From NCBI GenBank assembly GCA_038230375.1, contig JBBRNJ010000024.1, positions 32,001 to 96,000 on the forward strand: a stretch of 64,000 bases of DNA, written 5' to 3'. The notes under the pieces were generated by a model. It was not told the origin of the DNA, made no database searches, and saw nothing but the letters and a program-made list of their open reading frames with translations. This DNA comes from Polyangiales bacterium. GTDB taxonomy: Bacteria > Myxococcota_A > Polyangia > Polyangiales > Polyangiaceae. Below are positions 30,001 to 39,006 of this stretch, in pieces. A program made the position numbers and the translations under genes. Each line of letters opens with the position of its first letter. Positions within the stretch are counted from its first letter, which is position 1.

Positions 30001-31358
30001 CCGACCGCGGCGGCCGAGTCAGAGCCGACCGGCGGCGAGAAGTCGTCCGCCCAGCGAGCGGGCCAGCCCATCTCGGCGTTGCAGCTTGTGCCCTTCGTCT
30101 TGCGGCACTCGGCGAGCCGCCCGGCGAGGATGGCGACGCGCGTGGCCTCGCTCCAACCATCGAGCATCTTCGCCGTGCCTTCGAAGAGGTCCTCCGCGAA
30201 GCCCGAGTTCACGTACCAGACGGTGGTCTTCACCTTGCGGTCGCGGAACGGAAGCGTGCATTCTCCACGGAACACGTCGCAGCGCGAGCCGCGGCCGACG
30301 CTCTTGCACTCGTCCTCCGTGCCGTCCGCGTCCTCGTCGCGGTGCGGGTCCTTGCCGACCGGCGTGGAGCCCGGTGACGCGCAGGCGACGATGGGGCTGG
30401 CGTGCGACTTCTCGAAGACGTTCCACTTCGAGGCGAAGCGGTGCCACTTGTCGTCGATGACGCCGTAGTGCCGGTCGTAACCGAGGCGATCGTTCGAGAA
30501 CCACCCGAACAGGTCCATGCGGTTGCCGTCGTAATCGAGGGCCTCGAAGTCGTGGTCCGTGACCTTCATGAAGGACTGACGAAGGACCACCTCGCTCGGG
30601 TTGCAGCTCGCGAGCGGGAAGTTGCCAGTCAGGTAGCAAGCCGGCACGTCGCCCCAGTCGGGATCGTGAACCATCTGCGGCTTTGCGAAGACCTTGATCG
30701 TGGTGTCAAAGTAGCCGTTCGCAAGGTCGACCACCGGGTGATCGGGGCTCTTCGGATCATCGACGTAGTAGGTCAGCGCCTCGTAGGAGATCGCGCCTTC
30801 GAGCCCGAGGGCGGAGACCGTGTCCAGCTCGTAGGCCGTCGTGATGGTGTTCTTCGACCAGTCGACGCGGAAGAAGGCGCGGTCGTACCAGGCGCGGTCC
30901 GTCGTGTTCTCGAGGATGACGTTCGACTCCTCGCCAGTGACGGAGTTGTACTCACGGCGAATGTCGAATTGCGAGGTGATGTCGAACGCAGCCACGACCT
31001 GGCCGTTGGGGGTCGCGCGGAGGCCGGTGTGATCGGTGTCGGCGACGCGCTCGTAGGTGAGGCGCGCGAGCAATGACTTCTCGGTGATCTCCCATTTGAT
31101 GCGCACGGTTGGCTGCGCGTCGGAGCTGGTGAAGAGCCCTTCGGAGTCGGCGCCCGCGGGCACGTCGACCACGGTCGTGTGCATGTAGAACTCGGGATCG
31201 TCGACGGGATCCGCCAGCTTCTCGCCCACGAAGAAGGACTTCGGCAAAGCTGCAGACTGCACGCGGTTGATCGGGTCTCGCTCCTCCGAGCACCCCATGG
31301 GTGCGATCGCGAGGCCGAGGACGAACAACGCGACGAGCAGGCGAAGGAGGTAACGCAT
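27006..31358 (-). CDS. Large lipoprotein zinc metalloprotease (metzincin-like)
   Basis: Lipobox PMGC; HEMGHSMGLRH zinc motif; Met-turn SVMDY; about 1450 aa. Confidence 0.85.
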   Translation of the reverse strand: MRYLLRLLVALFVLGLAIAPMGCSEERDPINRVQSAALPKSFFVGEKLADPVDDPEFYMHTTVVDVPAGADSEGLFTSSDAQPTVRIKWEITEKSLLARLTYERVADTDHTGLRATPNGQVVAAFDITSQFDIRREYNSVTGEESNVILENTTDRAWYDRAFFRVDWSKNTITTAYELDTVSALGLEGAISYEALTYYVDDPKSPDHPVVDLANGYFDTTIKVFAKPQMVHDPDWGDVPACYLTGNFPLASCNPSEVVLRQSFMKVTDHDFEALDYDGNRMDLFGWFSNDRLGYDRHYGVIDDKWHRFASKWNVFEKSHASPIVACASPGSTPVGKDPHRDEDADGTEDECKSVGRGSRCDVFRGECTLPFRDRKVKTTVWYVNSGFAEDLFEGTAKMLDGWSEATRVAILAGRLAECRKTKGTSCNAEMGWPARWADDFSPPVGSDSAAAVGRVFVLCHNPVDPTKDDPACGAAADKDGVPIVRRLGDIRYNFINLVASPQFESPWGIMVDAEDPLTGEKIAGSVNQWSAVLDRAAATLVDLLALLNGELPPTDYIEGQNVSAWVAANRPGGAAEAFVAMDANETASRAAAFDPQVIAPYLGGLSGAQKVSHTPPAQRRKQRLQSLLDANRLGPGNGVLASRLTQLKSTSIEAAMVSPEMAQAAGFDPSQPVTKDAIRRGTPFGKMNPVLRRERERSKRMAQSARHSCRLDAPEPDNLLGLAKVAARLFPTPDPKDPTAVSTHKDAVYNWARREYSGSVYAHEMGHSMGLRHNFAASFDSLNYAPQYWQLRTSNGQITAACADGNTNGATCVGPRWKDPVSVDETAGNINKYSTTSVMDYPGDQNHDMDLQGKYDRAAIRFGYGGVVDVWDGGGVSVTGSGDGQKKAYELTAFAQGTGLFGIEDLPTVNPANGPAHLHYSAYQAEFGLLGDCTASSAPDAVLGKKCNEHAMDVVGYDVMRDFAADPTWASYLFGIAPRSVDDKGRVRRGYMFMSDEYADSGNVPAFTYDAGADAYEQIRFLEAAYENRYILDAFRHNRVSFNSEAVVERLQAHYLDTIQLISKTFAFGMVLSADDPSVPNKELLDDGNWGALSMGSTIAFDMFARILTRPEPGYYCNANADSCVGGQPYGLDLDLYVADPSPLPAASPYDFHVPLGPGRFVHNDFDYGKGYWWADYQKQVGAYYEKTWATFYLAEAFDSFISNSKEDFVDGRYKNVNFATVYPAQTRRLFASLFTGDTAQFGPWVAASKAPGPNAADGVITYPSWHALTDVGLGTRPANAKLLDPNWGFNEQLYAMVWSTMYFPTNWSQSFVDESRITTLAADQVNWPVTETYTLYDPQSGKTYRAHSTGTENIFGVDHEKGIGARMLEWATTLLIQTYIVETDAMGFIKYNADGTVKLQLDANGLPQKDPMAPGADAQLRKYMDQVDIFRQLTAEFSRSLGDGDLPQP

Positions 31359-31409
31359 CGGCGCCCGCTGTAGCACGCGGCCGTCCGTCGAGCTAAGCTC
31401 GGGTTGCTG

Positions 31410-32198
31410 ATGAGACAGATTCGGGAAAACGCGGCCGGGCTCGCTCTGGCACTGCTCATGGTTCTTGCCGGCTTTGCCGGTTGCGCAGGCGGTTCCGAGG
31501 TCACGGGCAGCGCCGACGACGCGGGCTCCACCCGGCCGGATGTTGGCTCCATCGACCCCGTTTCCAGCTACGGCCAGGGGGACACGGGCCTGGTCGTGGG
31601 GCCTGGCGGACCGGGTGAAGCTGTCGTGGATGGCGCCGTGACGCTCCTTGAAGGTGGCACCTCGGCCGGCCTCGTGATCAACGAGGTGGACTACGACCAG
31701 GTCGGCACGGACGCCGCGGAGTTCGTCGAGATCTACAACCCGACCGCGTTGACGCTGGATCTCGACAACGTGGCGCTCGTGCTCGTCAGCACCACCTCCG
31801 AATATGGGCGGGTGGATCTGAGCGGACCGCTCGCGCCGGGCAAGTACCTGCTCGTCGCGAGCCCAAACGTGTTGGGCCCCGATGCGGGCGTTGCTCGGCT
31901 TGCGTTGCCGACCTCGACCAACGCGCTGCGAAACGGCACTGCCGCGGTGGGCCTGCTCGACAAGACCACGGGAACGCTGCTCGACGCGCTCTCCTACGGT
32001 GGCGCGGTCACGGCGGCCGACGTCACTGGCGTCATGAAGCCCCTCAACTTCGTGGAGGGAACGGCGACGCCTGCGGTCGACTCCAATAGCGCGGCAGGCT
32101 CGCTGTCACGGCTGCCGAACGGCGCGGACTCGAACAATGCCACCGCCGACTTCAAGTTCACCACCACGCCGACCCCGGGCAAGCCAAACGTTCCCTGA
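31410..32198 (+). CDS. Lamin-tail-domain lipoprotein
   Basis: Lipobox FAGC; LVINEVDYDQ...EFVEIYN...SLSRLPNG...PTPG. Confidence 0.85.
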   Translation: MRQIRENAAGLALALLMVLAGFAGCAGGSEVTGSADDAGSTRPDVGSIDPVSSYGQGDTGLVVGPGGPGEAVVDGAVTLLEGGTSAGLVINEVDYDQVGTDAAEFVEIYNPTALTLDLDNVALVLVSTTSEYGRVDLSGPLAPGKYLLVASPNVLGPDAGVARLALPTSTNALRNGTAAVGLLDKTTGTLLDALSYGGAVTAADVTGVMKPLNFVEGTATPAVDSNSAAGSLSRLPNGADSNNATADFKFTTTPTPGKPNVP

Positions 32199-32221
32199 GC
32201 GCGCCCGCCATCTGGCGTTCC

Positions 32222-33589
32222 CTACCGCAGGAGGCGCTCCACCTCATCGATGGCCTCGGCGGTTGCACCGAGGCTGGGTTCGCCGCCGAGCCAGGAGAGC
32301 AGCGCCTCCAGATCGTGGATGACGTGGAGCTCCTGGAGCAGCAGCGCGCGCGACGCACGCGCAGTGGTGATGAGCGCCGTCGCGAAGAGTGCCAGCACCT
32401 CGCGAAACGGCAGGACGTCGCGAACGGCGTAGATTCCGTCGAGCCAGCGGACGTGATCTCCTTCGACCCGGGCGAGCATTCGCGCGATCGCGGTCTGGAC
32501 CACCCGAGGCCCCACGGGGGACGTTTGCGCGACCACGCTCAGGCGAAAAAGTGCGTCGACGTGAAGCCAGTCGGTGGCGGGTATCGATGCGCAAATAGCG
32601 GAAAACCAGCGCTCGGGTGAACCTGCTGGAAACCAATCCTCCATCAGGATGACGGCACTGGTGCGGGTCTCCTCATCCGGCTCGGCGTGTACGTGCGCAA
32701 TGCAGTCTGCAAGGAGTGCCTCGGGCGGCGGATGCGCCGGCAGCTCGAGCACGCGTGTCAGGCCTCGGAGGAGATCAAGGAAGCGCTTGCCGTCCTGGAA
32801 GAGCGGCTCGCAGAGTGGCGACTGCCATGAGCTGCCCTGCACGATGCGATGACCGCGCATGCGACCGAGCGCCTCCGCTCGCGACGCACCATCGGTGATG
32901 GTCGGCAGCAACGACTCGGCCTCATCGAGAAGGCCCAACCCCGCAAGCCGTGCGACCAGATACTGACGCGCTCGGCTCAGGTCCTCGTGGCTGCCGTAGT
33001 CGCCCGTGAAGCTCCAGTCTGCGCCGGCCATGCGCTCGGTGACGGTGAGGGCGCGACGTACCTCGTCGGCGTTCATCAAGTGCGCCATCTGGGTGAAGGG
33101 ACCGAGATCGTTGCCTGGCGAGATGGGCGAGAGGGCGATCGCGTCGAACGCGTCGATGGCACGACGGACCAGCGAGGCGCGCTCCGGCTCCGGCGCTCCC
33201 TCCGCCAGCTCGCCGAGCGTCCACGCGATGAAGGGATCGGTCGGATCGGGAAGCGCTCTCCAAGGAGGCTCCTCGCGCTCGTCGTCATCGTCATCGTCAT
33301 CGCTATCCTCGCTCGCGCCGAGGACACGGGCGCGCAGCTCGCGCGCATACGGCCAGTCCTCGACCACGAAGCGCTTCCGACGTCGAACGAGCTCGAGGAC
33401 CAGGGCACCGCGGAAGAGCCGCCCGATGGCCGCTGCCCGCACTGCGGGAACGTCCGAGAGAATGGCCTCGCGCGCCTCGTCCAGGTCACGGTCGAAGGGC
33501 GCGACCAGCTGCGCCGCGATGTCGTCGCGCTGGGGGTCGTCGAGAAGGGCGTCCCACCGCTCCCGGAATGCTGCGAGCTCCACCACCAT
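32222..33589 (-). CDS. Hypothetical helical-repeat protein
   Basis: Long ORF filling the gap, alpha-helical composition, poly-Asp stretch. Confidence 0.55.
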   Translation of the reverse strand: MVVELAAFRERWDALLDDPQRDDIAAQLVAPFDRDLDEAREAILSDVPAVRAAAIGRLFRGALVLELVRRRKRFVVEDWPYARELRARVLGASEDSDDDDDDDEREEPPWRALPDPTDPFIAWTLGELAEGAPEPERASLVRRAIDAFDAIALSPISPGNDLGPFTQMAHLMNADEVRRALTVTERMAGADWSFTGDYGSHEDLSRARQYLVARLAGLGLLDEAESLLPTITDGASRAEALGRMRGHRIVQGSSWQSPLCEPLFQDGKRFLDLLRGLTRVLELPAHPPPEALLADCIAHVHAEPDEETRTSAVILMEDWFPAGSPERWFSAICASIPATDWLHVDALFRLSVVAQTSPVGPRVVQTAIARMLARVEGDHVRWLDGIYAVRDVLPFREVLALFATALITTARASRALLLQELHVIHDLEALLSWLGGEPSLGATAEAIDEVERLLR

Positions 33590-33661
33590 GCTGAACCTCG
33601 GCTTCAACCTAGCAGCGAAGCAGGCGTGCTCGGTTGCGACGCTGCCCCCGCAGAGCTGCAC

Positions 33662-34258
33662 TCACTGGCAGCAGCAGTACGGTTGGCTGTCGCCCTTGGT
33701 GCCCATGACCGCGCACGTCGTCCCGTTGCAGCCCTGTGTGCTGTTCCACTGCTTGGCCATGCCGGTGCAGGTCTGCGCGCAGTCAAGCACCAGGATCGTG
33801 CTGTCCGTCCCGCACCCCTCCAGCGCCGTCGAGTCGCTCGTGCAGACGTTGGCGCCGGGCGCGAGGGTCGCCGGACACGCCGGGTAGCATGCCTTGTGGT
33901 ACGCGGAGGTGGCGCTGGTGAGGTCGGTGCACGACTTCGATGTGATCAGGTCCTGCACCGCGCCCGCGCACGCGGTGGGGAGAAGGTAAGCGCCAATGGT
34001 CGCTTCGCACTCGTTGATATTCGAGTATCCCATCGGGTTATTGCATGTGTTCACCGCAAGCCCGCAGAACTGGATGATGAGCGCGCTCGACAGCGGCTGG
34101 CCGCTTCGTGCAGGTGCGGTCGGCGCAGTCCCGCTGTCGACTGTGCTCCCCGCGTCGGTCCCGTTCCCGGGCAGCGTGGTCCCGGTGCTCGAGGTCGAGC
34201 ACGCGGCCGTCGACACGACGACGATCCAGCAGAAAAGAAGGCGGTTGCGGGTCGACAT
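33662..34258 (-). CDS. Cys-rich lipoprotein
   Basis: Lipobox TAAC; many Cys; ends YCCCQ. Confidence 0.7.
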   Translation of the reverse strand: MSTRNRLLFCWIVVVSTAACSTSSTGTTLPGNGTDAGSTVDSGTAPTAPARSGQPLSSALIIQFCGLAVNTCNNPMGYSNINECEATIGAYLLPTACAGAVQDLITSKSCTDLTSATSAYHKACYPACPATLAPGANVCTSDSTALEGCGTDSTILVLDCAQTCTGMAKQWNSTQGCNGTTCAVMGTKGDSQPYCCCQ

Positions 34259-34319
34259 TGCGTACGCTTACGTGAGCACTAGCGCTCCGTCAAGGCCACC
34301 GCAGACGCCCGATGCCCGC

Positions 34320-35984
34320 TCACGACGCGAGGAAGCGGTTTCGTGCGGGGTCGTTGTAGGACTTCCAGTCGATGGCGAACGGCGTGATGCGGCTCTTGCC
34401 GTCGCGCCAGCGAATGGTGAGCCCCATGGGCGCGACCTCGCGGTAGTTGCTGGTCTCGGGCAGGTCGAGGCTCGTCGCGCCTCCCGCGGAGAAGAGGGTG
34501 AAGAGCTTCGCGTCGGGGAAGTCGTACGTGGTGCGGAAGCCCTCGACGATGCGCTCGTGGCCGCGGATCATCACCGAGCACCCGATGCGCGCGAGGAAGC
34601 TTCGGAACTGATGCGAGCCGTAGCTGAAGCGGGCCGCGGCCTTCTGCAGCTCGTCGGGTACGACCTCCGTCTCGCTTGGATCGCTCCACATCATCTGGAA
34701 GCGCAGGTCGGGATCGTTGAGCGCCGAGAGATCCTTCCACTTCTCACGGAGCTCCGCGTCGCGGGGGAGGCCCCCGTGCACGAAGAAGAATCGGTCGAAT
34801 GCGAGCGACGTCGGCAGCGCCTCGAAGAGCTGCATGTACTCCTTGAAGTACGCGTCGCTCGCCACGCCTTGCAGCCCCATCATGCCCTCGGCCGGGCGGA
34901 CGGGGGCCAGGATGCGCCCCTGATGTTCCAGGTAGTACTCGTGGTTGCCGCGCAGGAAGTACACGGAATCCGGCACGGTCACGAACAGCTGCATCGCCAT
35001 TCGCAACACGCCGTCGAAGCTGAATCGCCCGCGATCGATGTAGTCGCCGAGCAGCACGAGCCGTGTGTCTGGCGTGTTCTCCGGATCGTCGGCGTGTGCC
35101 TGCACCTTCTTGAGGAAGTCCGTCTGCATCAACGCGCCCTTGAGGCACGAGTAGCAGCCGTGCAGATCGCCAAGGACGATCAGCTCGTACTGCGCGCGCG
35201 GAGCGGGCGGAAGCACGTAGACGTGTCCATCGAGGAAGGGGGCCTTCCCGGCGAAGTCAACGAAGGTCGCGGCGCCCGTGAGCTTGCCCGCGCCGACCTT
35301 GCGTTGCTCCTCGAGTGTGCGCAGGACCTTGTGGACCAGCGCGACGTCGTCGCTGGCGTCCTTGATGAAGCCGGCCTGGTCGCGCGGGTACGACCGCTCT
35401 TGCCGGGTGAAGAACGGGTGGTCGGCCGCCTTCGCGACGAGCACCTCTGGCGGGTCGAGCTCTATCTGCCGTTCGTCGACGGTCTTCTGGACGTCGATCT
35501 TCGCGAGCTCGATCGGGGCTGCGAGCAGCCGCAGGATGTTCTCGCGCAGCTTCTCTTCTTCAGGGTGGGCAACGCCGTCGGCCAGGATGAGCTCGTTGAC
35601 GGTCTCGAAGACGGTCGCGCGCTGCTCTTCGTCGAACGGACGAAGCAGCTCGTAGCAACGCAGCGCCAGCCTGGCGTGGACGAACTGCTCCGTGCTCTCG
35701 CCCTCCGCGACCGACTCCGTGAAGAGCGCGGCGATCTCGCGATCGATCGCTGCGGCGACGCGCTGGAACTGGAGCGTGACGCGCTCGGTGGCCACGTGCC
35801 GCGCAAGGGGGTCCGGCATGGCCTCGAGCATTCGCTCTTCGACGAGCTTCGCGATCTTCTCCTGGACGAAGCGCTTCTCGGAGAGGGCGAATTTCCCATC
35901 CGTGTGACCGAATGCAGTCAGCAAGAAGACGATCGCAAGCATCTGCTTCTTCGCCACCGCCGGATCGGAGCTGAACATCGCCAT
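34320..35984 (-). CDS. PPP-family Ser/Thr phosphatase (metallophosphoesterase) with N-terminal TerB-like domain
   Basis: GDLHG, GDYIDRG, RGNHE, HGG, WSDP, RGHE, TLFSA; N-terminal TDGKFALSEK and ADGVAHPEE TerB-like motifs. Confidence 0.88.
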   Translation of the reverse strand: MAMFSSDPAVAKKQMLAIVFLLTAFGHTDGKFALSEKRFVQEKIAKLVEERMLEAMPDPLARHVATERVTLQFQRVAAAIDREIAALFTESVAEGESTEQFVHARLALRCYELLRPFDEEQRATVFETVNELILADGVAHPEEEKLRENILRLLAAPIELAKIDVQKTVDERQIELDPPEVLVAKAADHPFFTRQERSYPRDQAGFIKDASDDVALVHKVLRTLEEQRKVGAGKLTGAATFVDFAGKAPFLDGHVYVLPPAPRAQYELIVLGDLHGCYSCLKGALMQTDFLKKVQAHADDPENTPDTRLVLLGDYIDRGRFSFDGVLRMAMQLFVTVPDSVYFLRGNHEYYLEHQGRILAPVRPAEGMMGLQGVASDAYFKEYMQLFEALPTSLAFDRFFFVHGGLPRDAELREKWKDLSALNDPDLRFQMMWSDPSETEVVPDELQKAAARFSYGSHQFRSFLARIGCSVMIRGHERIVEGFRTTYDFPDAKLFTLFSAGGATSLDLPETSNYREVAPMGLTIRWRDGKSRITPFAIDWKSYNDPARNRFLAS

Positions 35985-36080
35985 GTCGAGCGTTGACCAC
36001 TCTACCTGAGGAAACGATTCGTCACACGTCCAGCAGCGCTTGATGCGCAGGCTTTGCGTGTTTCGTTGCGCGTGAGCAGT

Positions 36081-36096
36081 TGGCCAGAGCCTTGCA
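36081..36096 (+). promoter_or_regulatory. Putative sigma54 promoter of the 36109-38990 cytochrome operon
   Basis: TGGCCAGAGCCTTGCA, GG-N10-GC spacing. Confidence 0.6.
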
Positions 36097-36108
36097 CGTG
36101 CGACCAGC

Positions 36109-37431
36109 ATGAAGACTCAATTGGCGCCTGACGCGGCGGTTCCGGCTCTCGTCGTTGCGCTCTTGCTCTGCCTCGCTGGGTGCACTGGCCCCGATGGCCC
36201 CCCTGGCGTGGGCGCGGCCGGGCCCGCCGGCTCACAGGGCGCGACTGGCTCCAACGGACCCGCCGGACCAGCGGGGAAAACGGGCGCGATGGGCGCTGGG
36301 CTTGAAGGTGGCGTGGCCACGTCGTGCCTCTCGCCGTGTCACGGGTTCAACGGCGTTGTTGCGCAGTTCAAGACGAGCGTCCACTACTCCGCGTACACCA
36401 CGTATCTCGGAACCGACATCGCCGGTGAGTGGACCGCGGCCGGCGCTTCATGCGGAAATTGCCACGCGATCGACGCGCTCTCTCGACGCGCGGCTGGCGT
36501 GGTCGGCACGAACGGTGGCGCGACGGTCCAGAACCTTGCTGGCGGCGTGCTCGAGTACCGGCTGGATGGCGGCGCGGCAACCGAGTCGACGTATACCGGC
36601 ACCGCCGATTCGGCAGAAGTGTACTGCACCACCTGTCACGCCGTGACAGATGCGAACGATCCGCACAAGACAGGCATCCCGTGGACCCGTGGCTCCTTCC
36701 CACAGGTCGCGGGTACGACGCCCACGGACCTCGCGTTCATCGAGAAAAGCCCCACGAATACGTCTTCCACGGGAACGTCGATCGGCGCGCTTGGTAGCGC
36801 AAACACCTGCATCTCGTGCCACAAATCTCGCAAGGACGTGACGGCCTACATCACGGCCAGCAACGTGCTCACGAGCACCCACTGGGGACCGCACGAAGGA
36901 CCGCAGGCCGACGTCTTCTCTGGAAAGGGCGGCTACCAGTACGCAGGGCTCGCCTACGGCACATCGACGCACCAGCAGAAACTCAACTGCGTCGACTGCC
37001 ACATGCCAGACATCGCAGCGAACAGCGGCGTGGCTGACCACTCCTTCAACCCGCGCCTCCGCGCCTGTCAGTCCTGCCACGCGGGCAGCACCAACTTCGA
37101 CATGGGCGGCGGTCAGTCCCAGGTTCGCCTGGCCATGGCGGAGCTGCAGGTCGCGCTCAGCAACGCTGGCTACCTCACACGTTCCGCCAGTGCGCCTTAT
37201 GCGGCGCTTCAGCCCGCGGAGCTCTCCGACAACGCGTTCGCCCTCGATCAAGCAAGGCCCGGCGGCCCGCCGCTCACCGCCTCGCAAGCCGGTGCACTCT
37301 ACAACTATATCCTCGTAGCGCGCGGTGGTGGTCTTGGCGTTCACAACCCGAAGTACGTGAAGCAGTTGATCTTCGATGCGTACGTCGCGGTCGTCGGGAC
37401 GCCCCCGCTGACCATTGCACGGCCGCTTTGA
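36109..37431 (+). CDS. Multiheme cytochrome c lipoprotein (6 motifs), OmcB-like
   Basis: Lipobox LAGC, collagen-like G-x-x repeat, CLSPCH plus 5 CxxCH, GPH motif, helical C-terminus GVHNPKYVKQLIFDA. Confidence 0.85.
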   Translation: MKTQLAPDAAVPALVVALLLCLAGCTGPDGPPGVGAAGPAGSQGATGSNGPAGPAGKTGAMGAGLEGGVATSCLSPCHGFNGVVAQFKTSVHYSAYTTYLGTDIAGEWTAAGASCGNCHAIDALSRRAAGVVGTNGGATVQNLAGGVLEYRLDGGAATESTYTGTADSAEVYCTTCHAVTDANDPHKTGIPWTRGSFPQVAGTTPTDLAFIEKSPTNTSSTGTSIGALGSANTCISCHKSRKDVTAYITASNVLTSTHWGPHEGPQADVFSGKGGYQYAGLAYGTSTHQQKLNCVDCHMPDIAANSGVADHSFNPRLRACQSCHAGSTNFDMGGGQSQVRLAMAELQVALSNAGYLTRSASAPYAALQPAELSDNAFALDQARPGGPPLTASQAGALYNYILVARGGGLGVHNPKYVKQLIFDAYVAVVGTPPLTIARPL

Positions 37432-38990
37432 GCGTGAAACGAGCCTTGCGGCGCCGGGCGTTCCTCACGCTCGGCGTCCTCGCGTCCCTCACCGCGTCCT
37501 GCTCGCGCGACCGCACGAGCAATGTCGGCTCACCTGTCTTCGACACGGATGTTGCTCCGATCCTCGCCGCCCGCTGCGTGGGTTGCCACACCGGGCCTGC
37601 GCCCGCCGGCGGATGGAACGCGGGTAGCTACCTCGGGGCGATCGGCTGCGTCAGTGGCGGCGGCGCTCCCACGACACTGCCTGACACCGACCGCGCCCCG
37701 ATCGTCCTGGCGCTCTCGAAAGCTCCACACGTCGGGCTCGCCAGCGCGGACGAGTCGGCGACCATCGCCGCCTGGGTGTCGGGTGGAGCACCCGCGCGTG
37801 CGAGCGGCGTTCATCCCGCCGGTATCGTGGACCCCCGTTCACCATCGTGGCACGGCACCGTCCTTCGAAACGCGCACTGGACGCCCATGCTGGATGCGAC
37901 CGACCCACAGGCCTGCGGCACCTGTCACGACGGAACTCCGGCAGGGCGACCGCACGGCGTGACGATCGCTGCGCCAGGCGCGACAGCTTGCACCACGTGC
38001 CACGTGGAGGCCGGCGGCGCGGCTGCGTGCAGCACGTGCCACGGACAGGGCGCACGCACCTATCCACCTCGCGATCTGTGCTTTTTTCCTGCAGATGCTG
38101 CAAAGGCCGGCGCGCACGCGGCCCACGTGGAATCGTCTCGCGCGAGCGCCACGGGACTCTCCTGCTCCACATGTCACGCGGTGCCACAGCCGGGGAGCAA
38201 CGTGATGAGCGGCTTGCACGGCAACGGCAGCGTGGAGGTGATCTTCAGCGCCAACGTCGCGCCCGAGAGGAGCTTCGACCTCACAGCAAAGGCGTGCGCC
38301 GTCTCCTGCCACGATCGCGGGGGCGCACGTCCGCGTCCCGTGTGGAGCGACAAGAAGCCCATGGGCTGCAACGACTGCCACACCTCACCGCCCGCCGCTC
38401 ACTTTCCCGGAGCCTGCACGAGCTGCCATGCCGAGGCCAACACAACGGGCACCGCGCTCGTCAAAGGTCCGCTCCACATGAACGGCCTCGTCGATCTTGG
38501 CGACGGAAGCGGCGGTTGCGGCGCCTGTCACGGCAAGGGGACGGATCCCTGGCCCCGCACGGCTGCACACAAGAAGCACGAGACCCCCACGAACGCGCGA
38601 CCGGTCGACTGCAACAACTGCCACGTGGTCCCGACGACGCTCTTCGCGCAAGGTCACCTCGACGGCGCAGCCGCGATTGTCTTCGGTGGTCACGCCAAGG
38701 ATCGCGGCGCAAACCCGGCGTGGAGCGGCAATTCCTGCAGCGAGGTCGCGTGCCACGGCGCAAAGCTTGCCGACGCGCCCGCGGTTCCCCTCTGGACGGA
38801 CACCTCGGGCACCGCAAGCGCGTGCACCGCGTGTCATGGAATCCCGCCGTCGCAGCACACGCCCTCGACGTCGTGCGAACTCTCTGGCTGTCATGGCACC
38901 GAAGTGACGCGCTCCCTCATGGGAGTCCCACAGATCACGGGCACCGGACGCCTCCTGCACGTCAACGGCACCATCGATCTCGCGCCTTGA
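37428..38990 (+). CDS. Multiheme cytochrome c of CxxxxCH/CxxCH-repeat type (13 motifs), probable lipoprotein
   Basis: 10 CxxCH, 1 CX3CH and 2 CX4CH; H.NG.V(E/D) repeats; RRRAFL plus TASC N-terminus. Confidence 0.88.
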   Translation: MSVKRALRRRAFLTLGVLASLTASCSRDRTSNVGSPVFDTDVAPILAARCVGCHTGPAPAGGWNAGSYLGAIGCVSGGGAPTTLPDTDRAPIVLALSKAPHVGLASADESATIAAWVSGGAPARASGVHPAGIVDPRSPSWHGTVLRNAHWTPMLDATDPQACGTCHDGTPAGRPHGVTIAAPGATACTTCHVEAGGAAACSTCHGQGARTYPPRDLCFFPADAAKAGAHAAHVESSRASATGLSCSTCHAVPQPGSNVMSGLHGNGSVEVIFSANVAPERSFDLTAKACAVSCHDRGGARPRPVWSDKKPMGCNDCHTSPPAAHFPGACTSCHAEANTTGTALVKGPLHMNGLVDLGDGSGGCGACHGKGTDPWPRTAAHKKHETPTNARPVDCNNCHVVPTTLFAQGHLDGAAAIVFGGHAKDRGANPAWSGNSCSEVACHGAKLADAPAVPLWTDTSGTASACTACHGIPPSQHTPSTSCELSGCHGTEVTRSLMGVPQITGTGRLLHVNGTIDLAP

Positions 38991-39006
38991 GCGCGTCGTC
39001 GCGCCT

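Noticed and set aside
27558..30377. 939-aa plus-strand ORF
   Set aside because: Antisense shadow of the metalloprotease; no motifs.
36109..37431. Calling the 6-heme protein NrfA or HAO
   Set aside because: No CxxCK motif, and heme number and lipoprotein/collagen N-terminus do not fit.
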